This document shows positions 19,534 through 27,919 of a stretch of 64,000 bases of DNA, one piece after another (position 1 is the stretch's first letter; the number at the start of each line of letters is the position of its first letter). The notes below the pieces were generated by a model, which was not told the DNA's origin, searched no databases, and saw nothing but the letters and a program-made list of their open reading frames with translations. A program made the position numbers and the translations under genes. The DNA is from Candidatus Eiseniibacteriota bacterium (GTDB lineage Bacteria > Eisenbacteria > RBG-16-71-46): the NCBI GenBank assembly GCA_963744995.1, contig CAVUWA010000010.1, positions 736,001 to 800,000 of the forward strand, written 5' to 3'.

Positions 19534-20304
19534 ATGTGCACGCTCATCATCGGCCAGGACGTGATCCGGCCGGGTTCGGTGATCCTTGCCGGCAATCGCG
19601 ACGAAGATCCCGGACGGTCTTCACGCGGGCCTGCCGTCCTGGCGACCGACCCGCGCGTGGTCGGCGGTTCCGACGCCGTCGCCGGCGGCACGTGGATGGC
19701 GTTGCGCGAGCGCCGCGCGGCCATCGCGATGCTCAACCGCTGGCGCGCGGACGGCCCGGAGCCGCCCGCCGACGGCCTGCGTTCGCGCGGACGGCTGACC
19801 CTGGACCTGGCGGCCAGCGCGGGCCACCATCACTTCACCGGTGCCTCCACCCTCGCCGCGGCCTACGGCCTCCTGCCCGATGCGCACTACGCGCCGTTCA
19901 ACGCCGTGTTCGCATCGCCGTCTTCGAGCTGGGTGCTCTCGCATCGCGGCGAGGGCACGGAACCGAAGGTCACGCCGATCTCCCGCGGCTGGCACGTCCT
20001 CACCCACCGCGAACTCGACGATCCGGATGAGCCGCGCGCCGACTATCTCAGGAAGATCCTCCAGCGCTGGCGTCCGCAGCACGTTGCCGAGGCGCGCGAG
20101 GGCCTGATGGAACTGCTCGCGTCGCACGAACCCCCGCAGGTGTGCATCCACACCGGCCGCATGGTCACGGTTTCGTCGTTCGTGGTATGGCTGGCGGCGG
20201 ACGAAGCGCGCTACCACCATCTGGACGGGCGGCCGTGCGAGCACGCGCTCGAAGACTTCACGCCACTGCTGGGCGGCGGCTTCGAAGACCAGGAGACCCC
20301 ATGA
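19534..20304 (+). CDS. NRDE/TANGO2 family protein
   Basis: Starts MCT; GNRDE, GGTWM, RSRGRL, PFN, TVSS motifs. Confidence 0.9.
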   Translation: MCTLIIGQDVIRPGSVILAGNRDEDPGRSSRGPAVLATDPRVVGGSDAVAGGTWMALRERRAAIAMLNRWRADGPEPPADGLRSRGRLTLDLAASAGHHHFTGASTLAAAYGLLPDAHYAPFNAVFASPSSSWVLSHRGEGTEPKVTPISRGWHVLTHRELDDPDEPRADYLRKILQRWRPQHVAEAREGLMELLASHEPPQVCIHTGRMVTVSSFVVWLAADEARYHHLDGRPCEHALEDFTPLLGGGFEDQETP

Positions 20305-21029
20305 GCCTCGAAGATCAGGTCGCACTCGTCACCGGCGCGAGCCACGGGCTCGGCCTCGCGATCGCGCGGGCGCTGGCCGCCGAGGGCGCTGCGATCGGCG
20401 TGCTGGCGCGTTCCGGCAGGTCGCTCGATCAGGCGGCCCGGGACCTGCGCGCGACCGGCGCCGAGGCGCTCGCGCTGCCCGCCGATGTCACACAGGCGGT
20501 CGAGGTCGACTCCGCGGTGCGCATGGCGATCGAGCACTGGGGCCGGCTCGATGTCCTGGTGGTGAACGCCGGCACCTGGAAGGGCGGTTCGATCGTCGAG
20601 ACCAGCGAGGCCGACTGGGACCTGTTGCTCGACCTCAACCTCAAGGGTGCGTTCCTGACGCTCAAGTACGCGCTGCCGTGGATGATTGCGCAGAAGCGCG
20701 GCACCGTGATCGGCATCGATTCGCTGGGCGGCGTCGTCGGGCAGCCGGGAGCGGCGGCGTACGCGGCGAGCAAGTGGGGCCTGCGCGGTCTGCTGGAATC
20801 CGCGGCGCTCGAGGTGAAATCCGCCCGGGTCCGGGTGAGCCTCGTCTACCCGCACCGGATGAACTCCGCCGGCGACCCGATCGAACCGGGATCCGATCAG
20901 CGCGACCGGGTGATCGAGCCCGCCGAGGTCGCCTCGCTGATCGCGTGGATCTGCACGGCGCCCGAGCACGTGTCGGTCGGCAACGTGTCGATCTGGCCGC
21001 TCGCCGCGGGGATCCAGGACGTCGGGTAG
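20301..21029 (+). CDS. Short-chain dehydrogenase/reductase
   Basis: TGASHGLG, VNAG, YAASK; ATGA overlap with the NRDE gene. Confidence 0.93.
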   Translation: MSLEDQVALVTGASHGLGLAIARALAAEGAAIGVLARSGRSLDQAARDLRATGAEALALPADVTQAVEVDSAVRMAIEHWGRLDVLVVNAGTWKGGSIVETSEADWDLLLDLNLKGAFLTLKYALPWMIAQKRGTVIGIDSLGGVVGQPGAAAYAASKWGLRGLLESAALEVKSARVRVSLVYPHRMNSAGDPIEPGSDQRDRVIEPAEVASLIAWICTAPEHVSVGNVSIWPLAAGIQDVG

Positions 21030-21075
21030 CGGAACCGGCCCGGGCCCGGCCACACCGCCGCCCGCTCCGATTCCA

Positions 21076-21106
21076 TTGACACCTGACGCGCGGACTCCCC
21101 TAGAAT
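21076..21106 (+). promoter_or_regulatory. Sigma70-like promoter TTGACA-N19-TAGAAT
   Basis: Near-consensus hexamers about 40 bp upstream of the small Zn-ribbon gene; the spacer is longer than optimal. Confidence 0.5.
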
Positions 21107-21147
21107 GGCCACCGGCCGCGGTCCAGCGACGAAGGGAGGGGGTTGGG

Positions 21148-21339
21148 ATGGACAGGAATTTTCCGGAGTGCCGCAAGTGCGCCGACGGCGTGCTGCTGCC
21201 GCTGTCCGACTACGGTCGCGACGGCGCGCCGATCACCTACAAGGCCTGGGTGTGCAGCAATCCCGCGTGCGGATTCAACCTCCGCATCGACAACGGCGAG
21301 ATCAGCATCGGCCGCAGCATCGGCACGTCCGCCAAGTGA
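21148..21339 (+). CDS. Small (63 aa) putative zinc-ribbon protein
   Basis: CRKC...CSNPAC; GGAGG SD; typical codon usage. Confidence 0.8.
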   Translation: MDRNFPECRKCADGVLLPLSDYGRDGAPITYKAWVCSNPACGFNLRIDNGEISIGRSIGTSAK

Positions 21340-21391
21340 CTCGCGAGGCGGCGCCGGGTCCCGCTCGAGACCCCCGACGGGGAAGCACCGT

Positions 21392-22102
21392 TTGATTCGC
21401 GCCATCGTCTTCGACCTCGACAACACGCTCACCGACTTCATGAAGATGAAGGAGGACGCGATCACGGCCGCGATCGACGGCATGATCGACGCGGGACTGA
21501 TGCTGCCGCGCGACGCGGTGCGTGCGCGCATCGACGCGATCTACCAGGAGCAGGGCCTCGAATACCAGCGCGTGTTCGACGAGCTGCTCGAAAGCGAGCT
21601 CGGGCACATCGATCCCAAGATCCTCGCCTCCGGGATCGTCGCCTACCGGCGTGCGCGGGAGTCGGCCCTGGTGCTCTATCCGCACGTCACCATGACCCTG
21701 CTGGAGCTCACCAAGCGCGGCATCCGGCTCGGCGTGGTGAGCGACGCGCCGCAGGCGCAGGTGTGGCTCAGGCTCTGTTCGCTGTCGCTCCAGCACGTGT
21801 TCGACGCGGTGGTCACGTTCGACGACACGCACGAGCGCAAGCCGAGCCCGGCGCCGTTCCTGAAGCTCCTGGAGAAACTCGGCGTCGCGCCCGATGCGGC
21901 GCTGATGATCGGCGACTGGGCCGAGCGCGACGTGGTCGGGGGCAAGAGCCTCGGCATGAAGACGGTGTTCGCGCGATATGGTGATACGTTCGGCACCGGC
22001 GAATCCGGCGCCGATTTCGACATCGACGACGTGTTCGAGCTGGTCGGAATCGTCGACCGGCTGAACGGCAGGAACGGCAGCACGCCCACCGCCGGGAACT
22101 GA
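21392..22102 (+). CDS. HAD superfamily hydrolase (IA)
   Basis: IRAIVFDLDNTL, RKPSP, IGDWAERDVVG; TTG start inferred. Confidence 0.92.
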   Translation: MIRAIVFDLDNTLTDFMKMKEDAITAAIDGMIDAGLMLPRDAVRARIDAIYQEQGLEYQRVFDELLESELGHIDPKILASGIVAYRRARESALVLYPHVTMTLLELTKRGIRLGVVSDAPQAQVWLRLCSLSLQHVFDAVVTFDDTHERKPSPAPFLKLLEKLGVAPDAALMIGDWAERDVVGGKSLGMKTVFARYGDTFGTGESGADFDIDDVFELVGIVDRLNGRNGSTPTAGN

Positions 22103-22139
22103 GTCCCGGACCGGGCGCGAACCCGCACGAGGAGATCCC

Positions 22140-22478
22140 ATGGCCGAAAAGGTGAAGGCTTCGAAGGTCAAGGTGCACCAGCCGCCCGAGGGGACGACCG
22201 GTCTCGACGGGCAGTTCCACGTGTACATCTACGACGTGTTCAACAAGGAATTCATGGGCGGCAAGGCATTCGATGCGATCGAGAAGGCCGCCGCCTACCA
22301 GCGCCACGAGCAGGAACGCATCTACACGGAGCAGGAGGCCGACCCCGAACTGTTCGATCTGCCGTTCGTCTCGGCAGATCCGGATCTGATCAAGCGCGTC
22401 GCCGGGGACGCCGAATACCGCGACCGGCTCATGAAGGCGCTCGGCTCGGAAGCGCGCGGGCGCGCGAAGCACCGCTAG
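22140..22478 (+). CDS. Hypothetical protein
   Basis: GAGGAG SD, typical codon usage, 112 aa; no motif recognised. Confidence 0.75.
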   Translation: MAEKVKASKVKVHQPPEGTTGLDGQFHVYIYDVFNKEFMGGKAFDAIEKAAAYQRHEQERIYTEQEADPELFDLPFVSADPDLIKRVAGDAEYRDRLMKALGSEARGRAKHR

Positions 22479-22587
22479 TGCGGGACCGTCGGGCCTCGAG
22501 CGGACGGGCGGCGTGCCGCGACGCGTCCGCACCGCGCCCGGCCGCTGCCTTCCGCGCACGCCGGAACGGAAGCGCGACGGAGCGGCC

Positions 22588-23400
22588 GTGATCGGCGCAT
22601 TGCTGGCCTCGCTGCTCGCGGTCGCGGCGTTCCATGACACGACGTCGCGGGTGCCGGGAACGACGCTGCGCTTCGGCGCCGAATCCGGACGCTTCGGCGC
22701 GGCGCAGGGCTTTCAGCCGACCGCGCAGCAGCAGCCGCCCGACCAGCAGGCACGCGAGGGCGCGCTGCGCTTCTTCGGCATCGACGCGCAGGCGACGCTG
22801 AAGTTCCGCGACCGCCGGCTGGTACAGGCGGCGTTCGTCATCGAGAGCGCGTCACCGCAGCAGATCGCCTACATCGGCGACGACCTGGTGCGGCGCGGTT
22901 ACCACCGGAGGTGCACGGTGCTCACCCGCGAGCGCAGTCGGTGCACGTGGCTCGGCGCGACGCACGTGGAGATGACACGCGACGGCGGCAGGATCTCGGC
23001 GAAGATCCTGCCGCTGACCGCGGAAGAGCGCGCGGCGCGCGGCGGATCGCCGGCGCTGGCAGCGGCGCCCGCCGACACCGGCAGGTACGGCATGCCGATG
23101 CGCCCGGACACGCTCGCCCTGCCGCCCGGCTGGAGCGGCGAATCGTTCCTCATCGCGTCGGCGCCGCTCCCGGCGTACCCGGCTTCCGCGCGCGCCGCCG
23201 GCGTACAGGGCATCGTGCGCACGCTCGCGCGCGTGGATACCAGCGGCGCGGTCGTGGACGTGCAGATCACCCGCAGCATCGCCGAGCTGGACTCGGCCGC
23301 GATCGCCACGGTGCGCGCGATGCGCTTCCGGCCGCTCACGCGTGACGGGCGCCCCGCAGGCGGCTGGGTGCGCGTCCCCGTGACGTTCCTGCTCCATTGA
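22588..23400 (+). CDS. Exported protein with C-terminal TonB domain
   Basis: PAYPASARAAGVQGIV...VDTSGAV...LDSAAIATVRAMRFRP...VPVTF; N-terminal signal-like stretch; start uncertain (22513 or 22588). Confidence 0.8.
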   Translation: MIGALLASLLAVAAFHDTTSRVPGTTLRFGAESGRFGAAQGFQPTAQQQPPDQQAREGALRFFGIDAQATLKFRDRRLVQAAFVIESASPQQIAYIGDDLVRRGYHRRCTVLTRERSRCTWLGATHVEMTRDGGRISAKILPLTAEERAARGGSPALAAAPADTGRYGMPMRPDTLALPPGWSGESFLIASAPLPAYPASARAAGVQGIVRTLARVDTSGAVVDVQITRSIAELDSAAIATVRAMRFRPLTRDGRPAGGWVRVPVTFLLH

Positions 23401-25175
23401 CCATGCGCCTCGTCACCGCCGAAGAAATGCGGGCCATGGACCGCGCCACCATCGACGGCGGCCACGTGTCCGGCGAGATGCTCATGGAGCGCGCCGGCGC
23501 GGGCGTGGTGCGGGCGATGAGCGGGCGCTACGGCCCGCTGCTCGCCATGCGCGTGCTGGTGCTGTGCGGCCGCGGCAACAACGGCGGCGACGGCTTCGTC
23601 GCGGCGCGCGCGCTGCAGCACGCGGGCGCGATCCCGCACGTGGTCGTGCTCGGCGATGCGGCTAAGATCGCCGGCGACGCGCGTACCCACCTGTGGGCGA
23701 TGCGCGACGACGGCGTCGTGCCGGTGCCCGTGCAGTCGGACGCCGATCTCGCCGAGGCCGCGCGGGGCGAGTGGGACTTCGCGCTCGACGCCATGCTCGG
23801 CACCGGCGCCGAGGGCGCCCCGCGCGGTCTGTTCGCGGCGGGCGTCGAGATCCTGCGGACGCTGGACGATCGCGGCGTGCGCGTGGTCGCGGTGGACCTG
23901 CCCACCGGGCTCGACGCCGACCACGGCACGATCGCGCGCCGCACGGTGCGCGCCGACCTCACGGTCACCTTCGGCGCCCCGAAGCGCGGGCAGTACCTCT
24001 ACCCCGGGCGCGCGTTCGTCGGCGCGCTCGAGGTCGTGGACATCGGCCTCGTCGAAACGCCCGATCCGCGTGCGCTCGAACTGGCCACCGAGGAAACGAT
24101 GGCCGCGCTCGTGCCGCTGCGCGATCCGCGCGCGCACAAGGGCTCGGCCGGACGCCTGCTGGTGATCGGCGGTTCGGCCGGCATGACCGGCTCGGTGACG
24201 CTCGCCGCGCGCACCGCGAACCGCGGCGGCGCGGGCTACGTGCGCGCCGCGGTGCCGCAGAGTCTCGCCGACATCCTCGCCATCAAGCTCACCGAGGAGA
24301 TCGCGCTCGCGATGCCGGAGACGCGCGAGCGCTCGCTCGACCGCAAGGCGCTGAAGCCGTTGCTCGAGGCCGCGGGCGAGTCGCACGCGGTGGTGCTCGG
24401 CCCCGGGATGTCGCGCGTCCCGGAGTCCGCCGCGCTCGCGCGCAGGCTCGCCGCGAAGATCATGACGCCGCTGCTGATCGACGCCGACGGGCTCAACGCG
24501 TTCGACGGTCACCTGGGCGACCTGCGCAGCCTCGGCGTGCCGCTGGTGCTGACCCCGCATCTCGGCGAGCTGTCACGGCTCTCGGGCGAGAGCCCGGCGT
24601 CGCTCGAGGCGCGGCGCATCGACGCCGCGCGCGAGTATGCCTGGGCGTTCCGCGCGGTGCTGGTCATGAAGGGGGCGCCCACGGTGATCGCCGCCCCCGA
24701 CGGCCGCGCCACGGTGAATCCCAACGGCAACCCCGGCATGGCGACGCTCGGCGCCGGCGACGTGCTGTCGGGTACGATCGGTGCGCTGCTCGCGCAGGGG
24801 CTCGAGGCCTACGACGCGGCGCGGCTCGGGGTGTGGGTGCACGGTGCGGCGGGAGACATCGCGGCCGCGAAGCTCGGCGTGCACGGCGTGACGGCGAGCG
24901 ATCTGGTCCGCGCCGTGCCGCTCGCGCTGCGCGATCTCGTGGCGCGCCGCGAGGAGGCCCGGCCGCAGCGCGCGGCCGAAGCGGCCGAGGCCCCGCACGA
25001 CCCGGCCCGCGCGGCAGCGCCCGGCAGGACCCCGGCCGGTCCACCCGCGGCGCGCCGGCAGGCCGCGTCCCGGGGCGCCGCGACCGGGACACCCGCGCGG
25101 CGGAAGCCGCCCGCCCGCAGCCGCGCGAGGGCAACCCCGCGGGGTGCGCCCGCCTCCCGGCGCAAGAAGAAATGA
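23397..25175 (+). CDS. nnr: Bifunctional NAD(P)HX epimerase/dehydratase
   Basis: LMERAG, CGRGNNGGDG, DAMLGTG, HKGSAG, DADGLN, LTPHLGE, GAGDVLSG. Confidence 0.95.
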   Translation: MTMRLVTAEEMRAMDRATIDGGHVSGEMLMERAGAGVVRAMSGRYGPLLAMRVLVLCGRGNNGGDGFVAARALQHAGAIPHVVVLGDAAKIAGDARTHLWAMRDDGVVPVPVQSDADLAEAARGEWDFALDAMLGTGAEGAPRGLFAAGVEILRTLDDRGVRVVAVDLPTGLDADHGTIARRTVRADLTVTFGAPKRGQYLYPGRAFVGALEVVDIGLVETPDPRALELATEETMAALVPLRDPRAHKGSAGRLLVIGGSAGMTGSVTLAARTANRGGAGYVRAAVPQSLADILAIKLTEEIALAMPETRERSLDRKALKPLLEAAGESHAVVLGPGMSRVPESAALARRLAAKIMTPLLIDADGLNAFDGHLGDLRSLGVPLVLTPHLGELSRLSGESPASLEARRIDAAREYAWAFRAVLVMKGAPTVIAAPDGRATVNPNGNPGMATLGAGDVLSGTIGALLAQGLEAYDAARLGVWVHGAAGDIAAAKLGVHGVTASDLVRAVPLALRDLVARREEARPQRAAEAAEAPHDPARAAAPGRTPAGPPAARRQAASRGAATGTPARRKPPARSRARATPRGAPASRRKKK

Positions 25176-25176
25176 A

Positions 25177-25205
25177 CAGGGCCCGCGCGGTGGGCGCGGG
25201 CCCTG
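25177..25205. terminator. Hairpin between convergent nnr and trxA
   Basis: Perfect 12-bp stem CAGGGCCCGCGC/GCGCGGGCCCTG with a 5-nt loop; U-tracts weak. Confidence 0.6.
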
Positions 25206-25228
25206 CAAACTTCGAAACGAGCGCTGGT

Positions 25229-25552
25229 CTAGAAGTGCGGCTGGAGCTTCTGCAACAGCATGTTCTTCGGATATGCGCCGATCAGGCGCTCGACCACGTC
25301 GCCGTTCTTGAACAGCAGCAGGGTCGGGATGCTCTGGACGCCGTATCGGCTGGACACGTCGGGATTTTCGTCGACGTCCACCTTCACGACCTTGAGCTTG
25401 CCGGCGTATTCGATCGCCAGCTCCTCGACGGTCGGGGCGACCGCCCGGCACGGGCCGCACCAGGCCGCCCAGAAGTCCACCAGTACGGGAACCGAGGACT
25501 GCACGACCTCGGTATCGAAGCTCTGCTCGGTGACCGCCACCGCGTTACCCAT
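25229..25552 (-). CDS. trxA: Thioredoxin
   Basis: VDFWAAWCGPC, SIPTL; 107 aa. Confidence 0.97.
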   Translation of the reverse strand: MGNAVAVTEQSFDTEVVQSSVPVLVDFWAAWCGPCRAVAPTVEELAIEYAGKLKVVKVDVDENPDVSSRYGVQSIPTLLLFKNGDVVERLIGAYPKNMLLQKLQPHF

Positions 25553-25815
25553 GTTCCATACCCCCTTGACCAGTTCGCTCGATGATGTCTTTTCAAACGC
25601 CCCTTCGGATGCCTGCCGGGACCGGATCGGTGCAAATCCGCTCGCGGTACCTTGGTGGCACGGGTTGTCAGAACGTTGTCAACCAGTAGCACGCGCCGGG
25701 GCCCGCTGGCCAGCCGGCTCCCGATGGGCGAAGCGGCGCATCCAAGACGTGCCCGGCGGCGGCCTGTCACGGCGCGCGGGGCCCGGCAGAGTGATCGACC
25801 CGAAGGACCCGTGAC

Positions 25816-26517
25816 TTGATTCCGATCCGCGACGACAACCCGGCCCTGCGCACGCCCGTCGTGACGCGCGCGCTGATCGCGGCGAACGCGCTGCTGTTCC
25901 TGTTCGAACTGACGCTCGGCCCCGAGCTGCGTCCGTTCATGTTCCACTGGGGCATGGTGCCGCTCAGGCTCACCGCCGCGCTGCGCACCGGCTACGAGCC
26001 CGTGCTGCTGCCCGCCGCGACGCTGCTCACTTCGACGTTCCTGCACGGCGGCTGGCTGCACCTGATCGGGAACATGTGGTACCTGTGGATCTTCGGTGAC
26101 AACATCGAAGACCGCCTGGGCCACGCGCGCTTCCTGCTGTTCTACCTGGCCGGCGGTATCGCGGCCGGGTTCATCCATTACCTCTCCGCCGCCTCGTCCG
26201 CGGTGCCGACCGTGGGCGCCAGCGGCGCGATCGCCGCGGTGCTGGGCGCCTACCTCGTCGCCTTCCCGCGCGCCCGGGTCCTGACGCTGGTGCCGATCTT
26301 CATCTTCCTGCAGTTCATCTGGCTGCCGGCGGTGCTGGTGCTGGGTCTGTGGTTCGTGTTCCAGTTCTTCAGCGGCGCCCTGTCGCTCGGCGCGAGCGGC
26401 GGCGGGATCGCGTGGTGGGCGCACATCGGCGGCTTCGTATTCGGCATGGTGGTGATGAAGCTGTTCGGCGGCCGGCCGCGCCGCCCCTGGCCGCCCCCGG
26501 AGGTGTGGGTGGAATAG
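25816..26517 (+). CDS. Rhomboid intramembrane serine protease
   Basis: IPIRDDNP, HLIGNM, GASGA, AHIGG. Confidence 0.95.
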   Translation: MIPIRDDNPALRTPVVTRALIAANALLFLFELTLGPELRPFMFHWGMVPLRLTAALRTGYEPVLLPAATLLTSTFLHGGWLHLIGNMWYLWIFGDNIEDRLGHARFLLFYLAGGIAAGFIHYLSAASSAVPTVGASGAIAAVLGAYLVAFPRARVLTLVPIFIFLQFIWLPAVLVLGLWFVFQFFSGALSLGASGGGIAWWAHIGGFVFGMVVMKLFGGRPRRPWPPPEVWVE

Positions 26518-26695
26518 TGCGGGGCGGCGCAGCCCGACTTCGCTCCGGTCCACTTTTCGCGGCCTTCCACATGGTTTAGCATCGATCCCCGCCACACTCC
26601 GGGCGAGGTCGGTGCGAGCCCGGCGCCGCGCCGGGCATCCGCCAAGCGAAGACGAGCGCGCGAACCCGGTATCCGGACCCATCAGGAGGATCGCC

Positions 26696-27919
26696 TTGCG
26701 CAAGGACATCGATCGCCTCATGCGGGAACGCGGGCTCGCCGGGCTCGTGATCTTCGCTAACGACCGTTTCTCGCCGGCGCTCTACTACGTGACCGGCCAG
26801 CGCCTGCACAAGGCCGTGTACTTCCGCGGCGCGAACGGTCAGGCCTACCTGATCCACGATCCGATGGAGCGTGACCAGGCGGAGCTGGCGGGCTGCGAGC
26901 ACGCGCCGTTCTCGCAGCACGGCTGGAACCGGATCATCGAGGAGGAGACCGGCTCGGCCGCCTCGCACGGTCGACTGATCGGGGAGTCGCTGTCCACGCT
27001 CGGCATGAGCGGCCCGGTCGCCTTCTACGGCGAGGTGGACGCCGGCTACGGCTGGCAGATGATCCAGCGCATCCGCCAGATCGCGCCGTCGGTCGATGTC
27101 GACACCTCGCATCCCGACGTGCTGACACTGGCCCGCGCCACCAAGGACCCGGACGAGATCGACGCCATCCGCCGCACGTCGGTGGGCAACGTCGCGGCGC
27201 TCAACCGAGTGGTGGACTTCCTGCGCACCGTGAAGCGCGACGGCGACCACTTCCGCGCCGGCGGCAAGGGCCACGTGAAGCTCGGCGACCTGCGCCGGCT
27301 GATCCATCAGACCTTCATGGATCATCAGCTCGCCGAAGACGGCGCGAGCATCGTCTCGCAGGGACGCGACGCCGGCGTGCCGCACAACACCGGCAACGAC
27401 GACGACCTGCTCACCGCGGGCGCGCCGCTGCTGATCGACATCTTCCCGGTCGAGGGCGCGGGTGGCTACCACAGCGACATGACGCGCACCTACTGCCTGG
27501 GCCCCGCGCCCGACGAGCTGAAGAAGACCTATGCCCAGGTGCGCGAGGCGTTCGACATCGCCATGGGCGAGATGAAGGTCGGCGCGTCGTGCCGCGGCTA
27601 CCAGGACCGCGTGTGCGACGTGTTCGAGAAGTTCGGTCACGCGACGCCGCGCTCGAAACCCGGCACGCAGGAAGGCTACGTGCACGGCCTCGGCCACGGC
27701 ATCGGGCTGGCGGTGCACGAAGCGCCGAGCCTCGGCGGCCCGGCGTCCAACACGACGACGCTCCAGCCCGGCCACGCGATCACGGTCGAGCCGGGCCTCT
27801 ACTACCCCGAGCGCGGCATCGGCGTGCGCATCGAGGACCTGATCGTGATGGGCGCGGACGGCACGTACGAGAACATGACCGCGGCCGCGCCCTACGACCT
27901 GGAGATCGAGACCGCCTGA
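26696..27919 (+). CDS. M24 family (Xaa-Pro) aminopeptidase
   Basis: DIFP...YHSDMTRT, HGLGHGIGLAVHE, TVEPGLY, GVRIED; AGGAGG SD before TTG. Confidence 0.93.
   Translation: MRKDIDRLMRERGLAGLVIFANDRFSPALYYVTGQRLHKAVYFRGANGQAYLIHDPMERDQAELAGCEHAPFSQHGWNRIIEEETGSAASHGRLIGESLSTLGMSGPVAFYGEVDAGYGWQMIQRIRQIAPSVDVDTSHPDVLTLARATKDPDEIDAIRRTSVGNVAALNRVVDFLRTVKRDGDHFRAGGKGHVKLGDLRRLIHQTFMDHQLAEDGASIVSQGRDAGVPHNTGNDDDLLTAGAPLLIDIFPVEGAGGYHSDMTRTYCLGPAPDELKKTYAQVREAFDIAMGEMKVGASCRGYQDRVCDVFEKFGHATPRSKPGTQEGYVHGLGHGIGLAVHEAPSLGGPASNTTTLQPGHAITVEPGLYYPERGIGVRIEDLIVMGADGTYENMTAAAPYDLEIETA

Noticed and set aside
25660..25685. GTTGTCA direct repeat between trxA and rhomboid
   Set aside because: Could be an operator or a -35 element, but it is a single short instance with no second site found.
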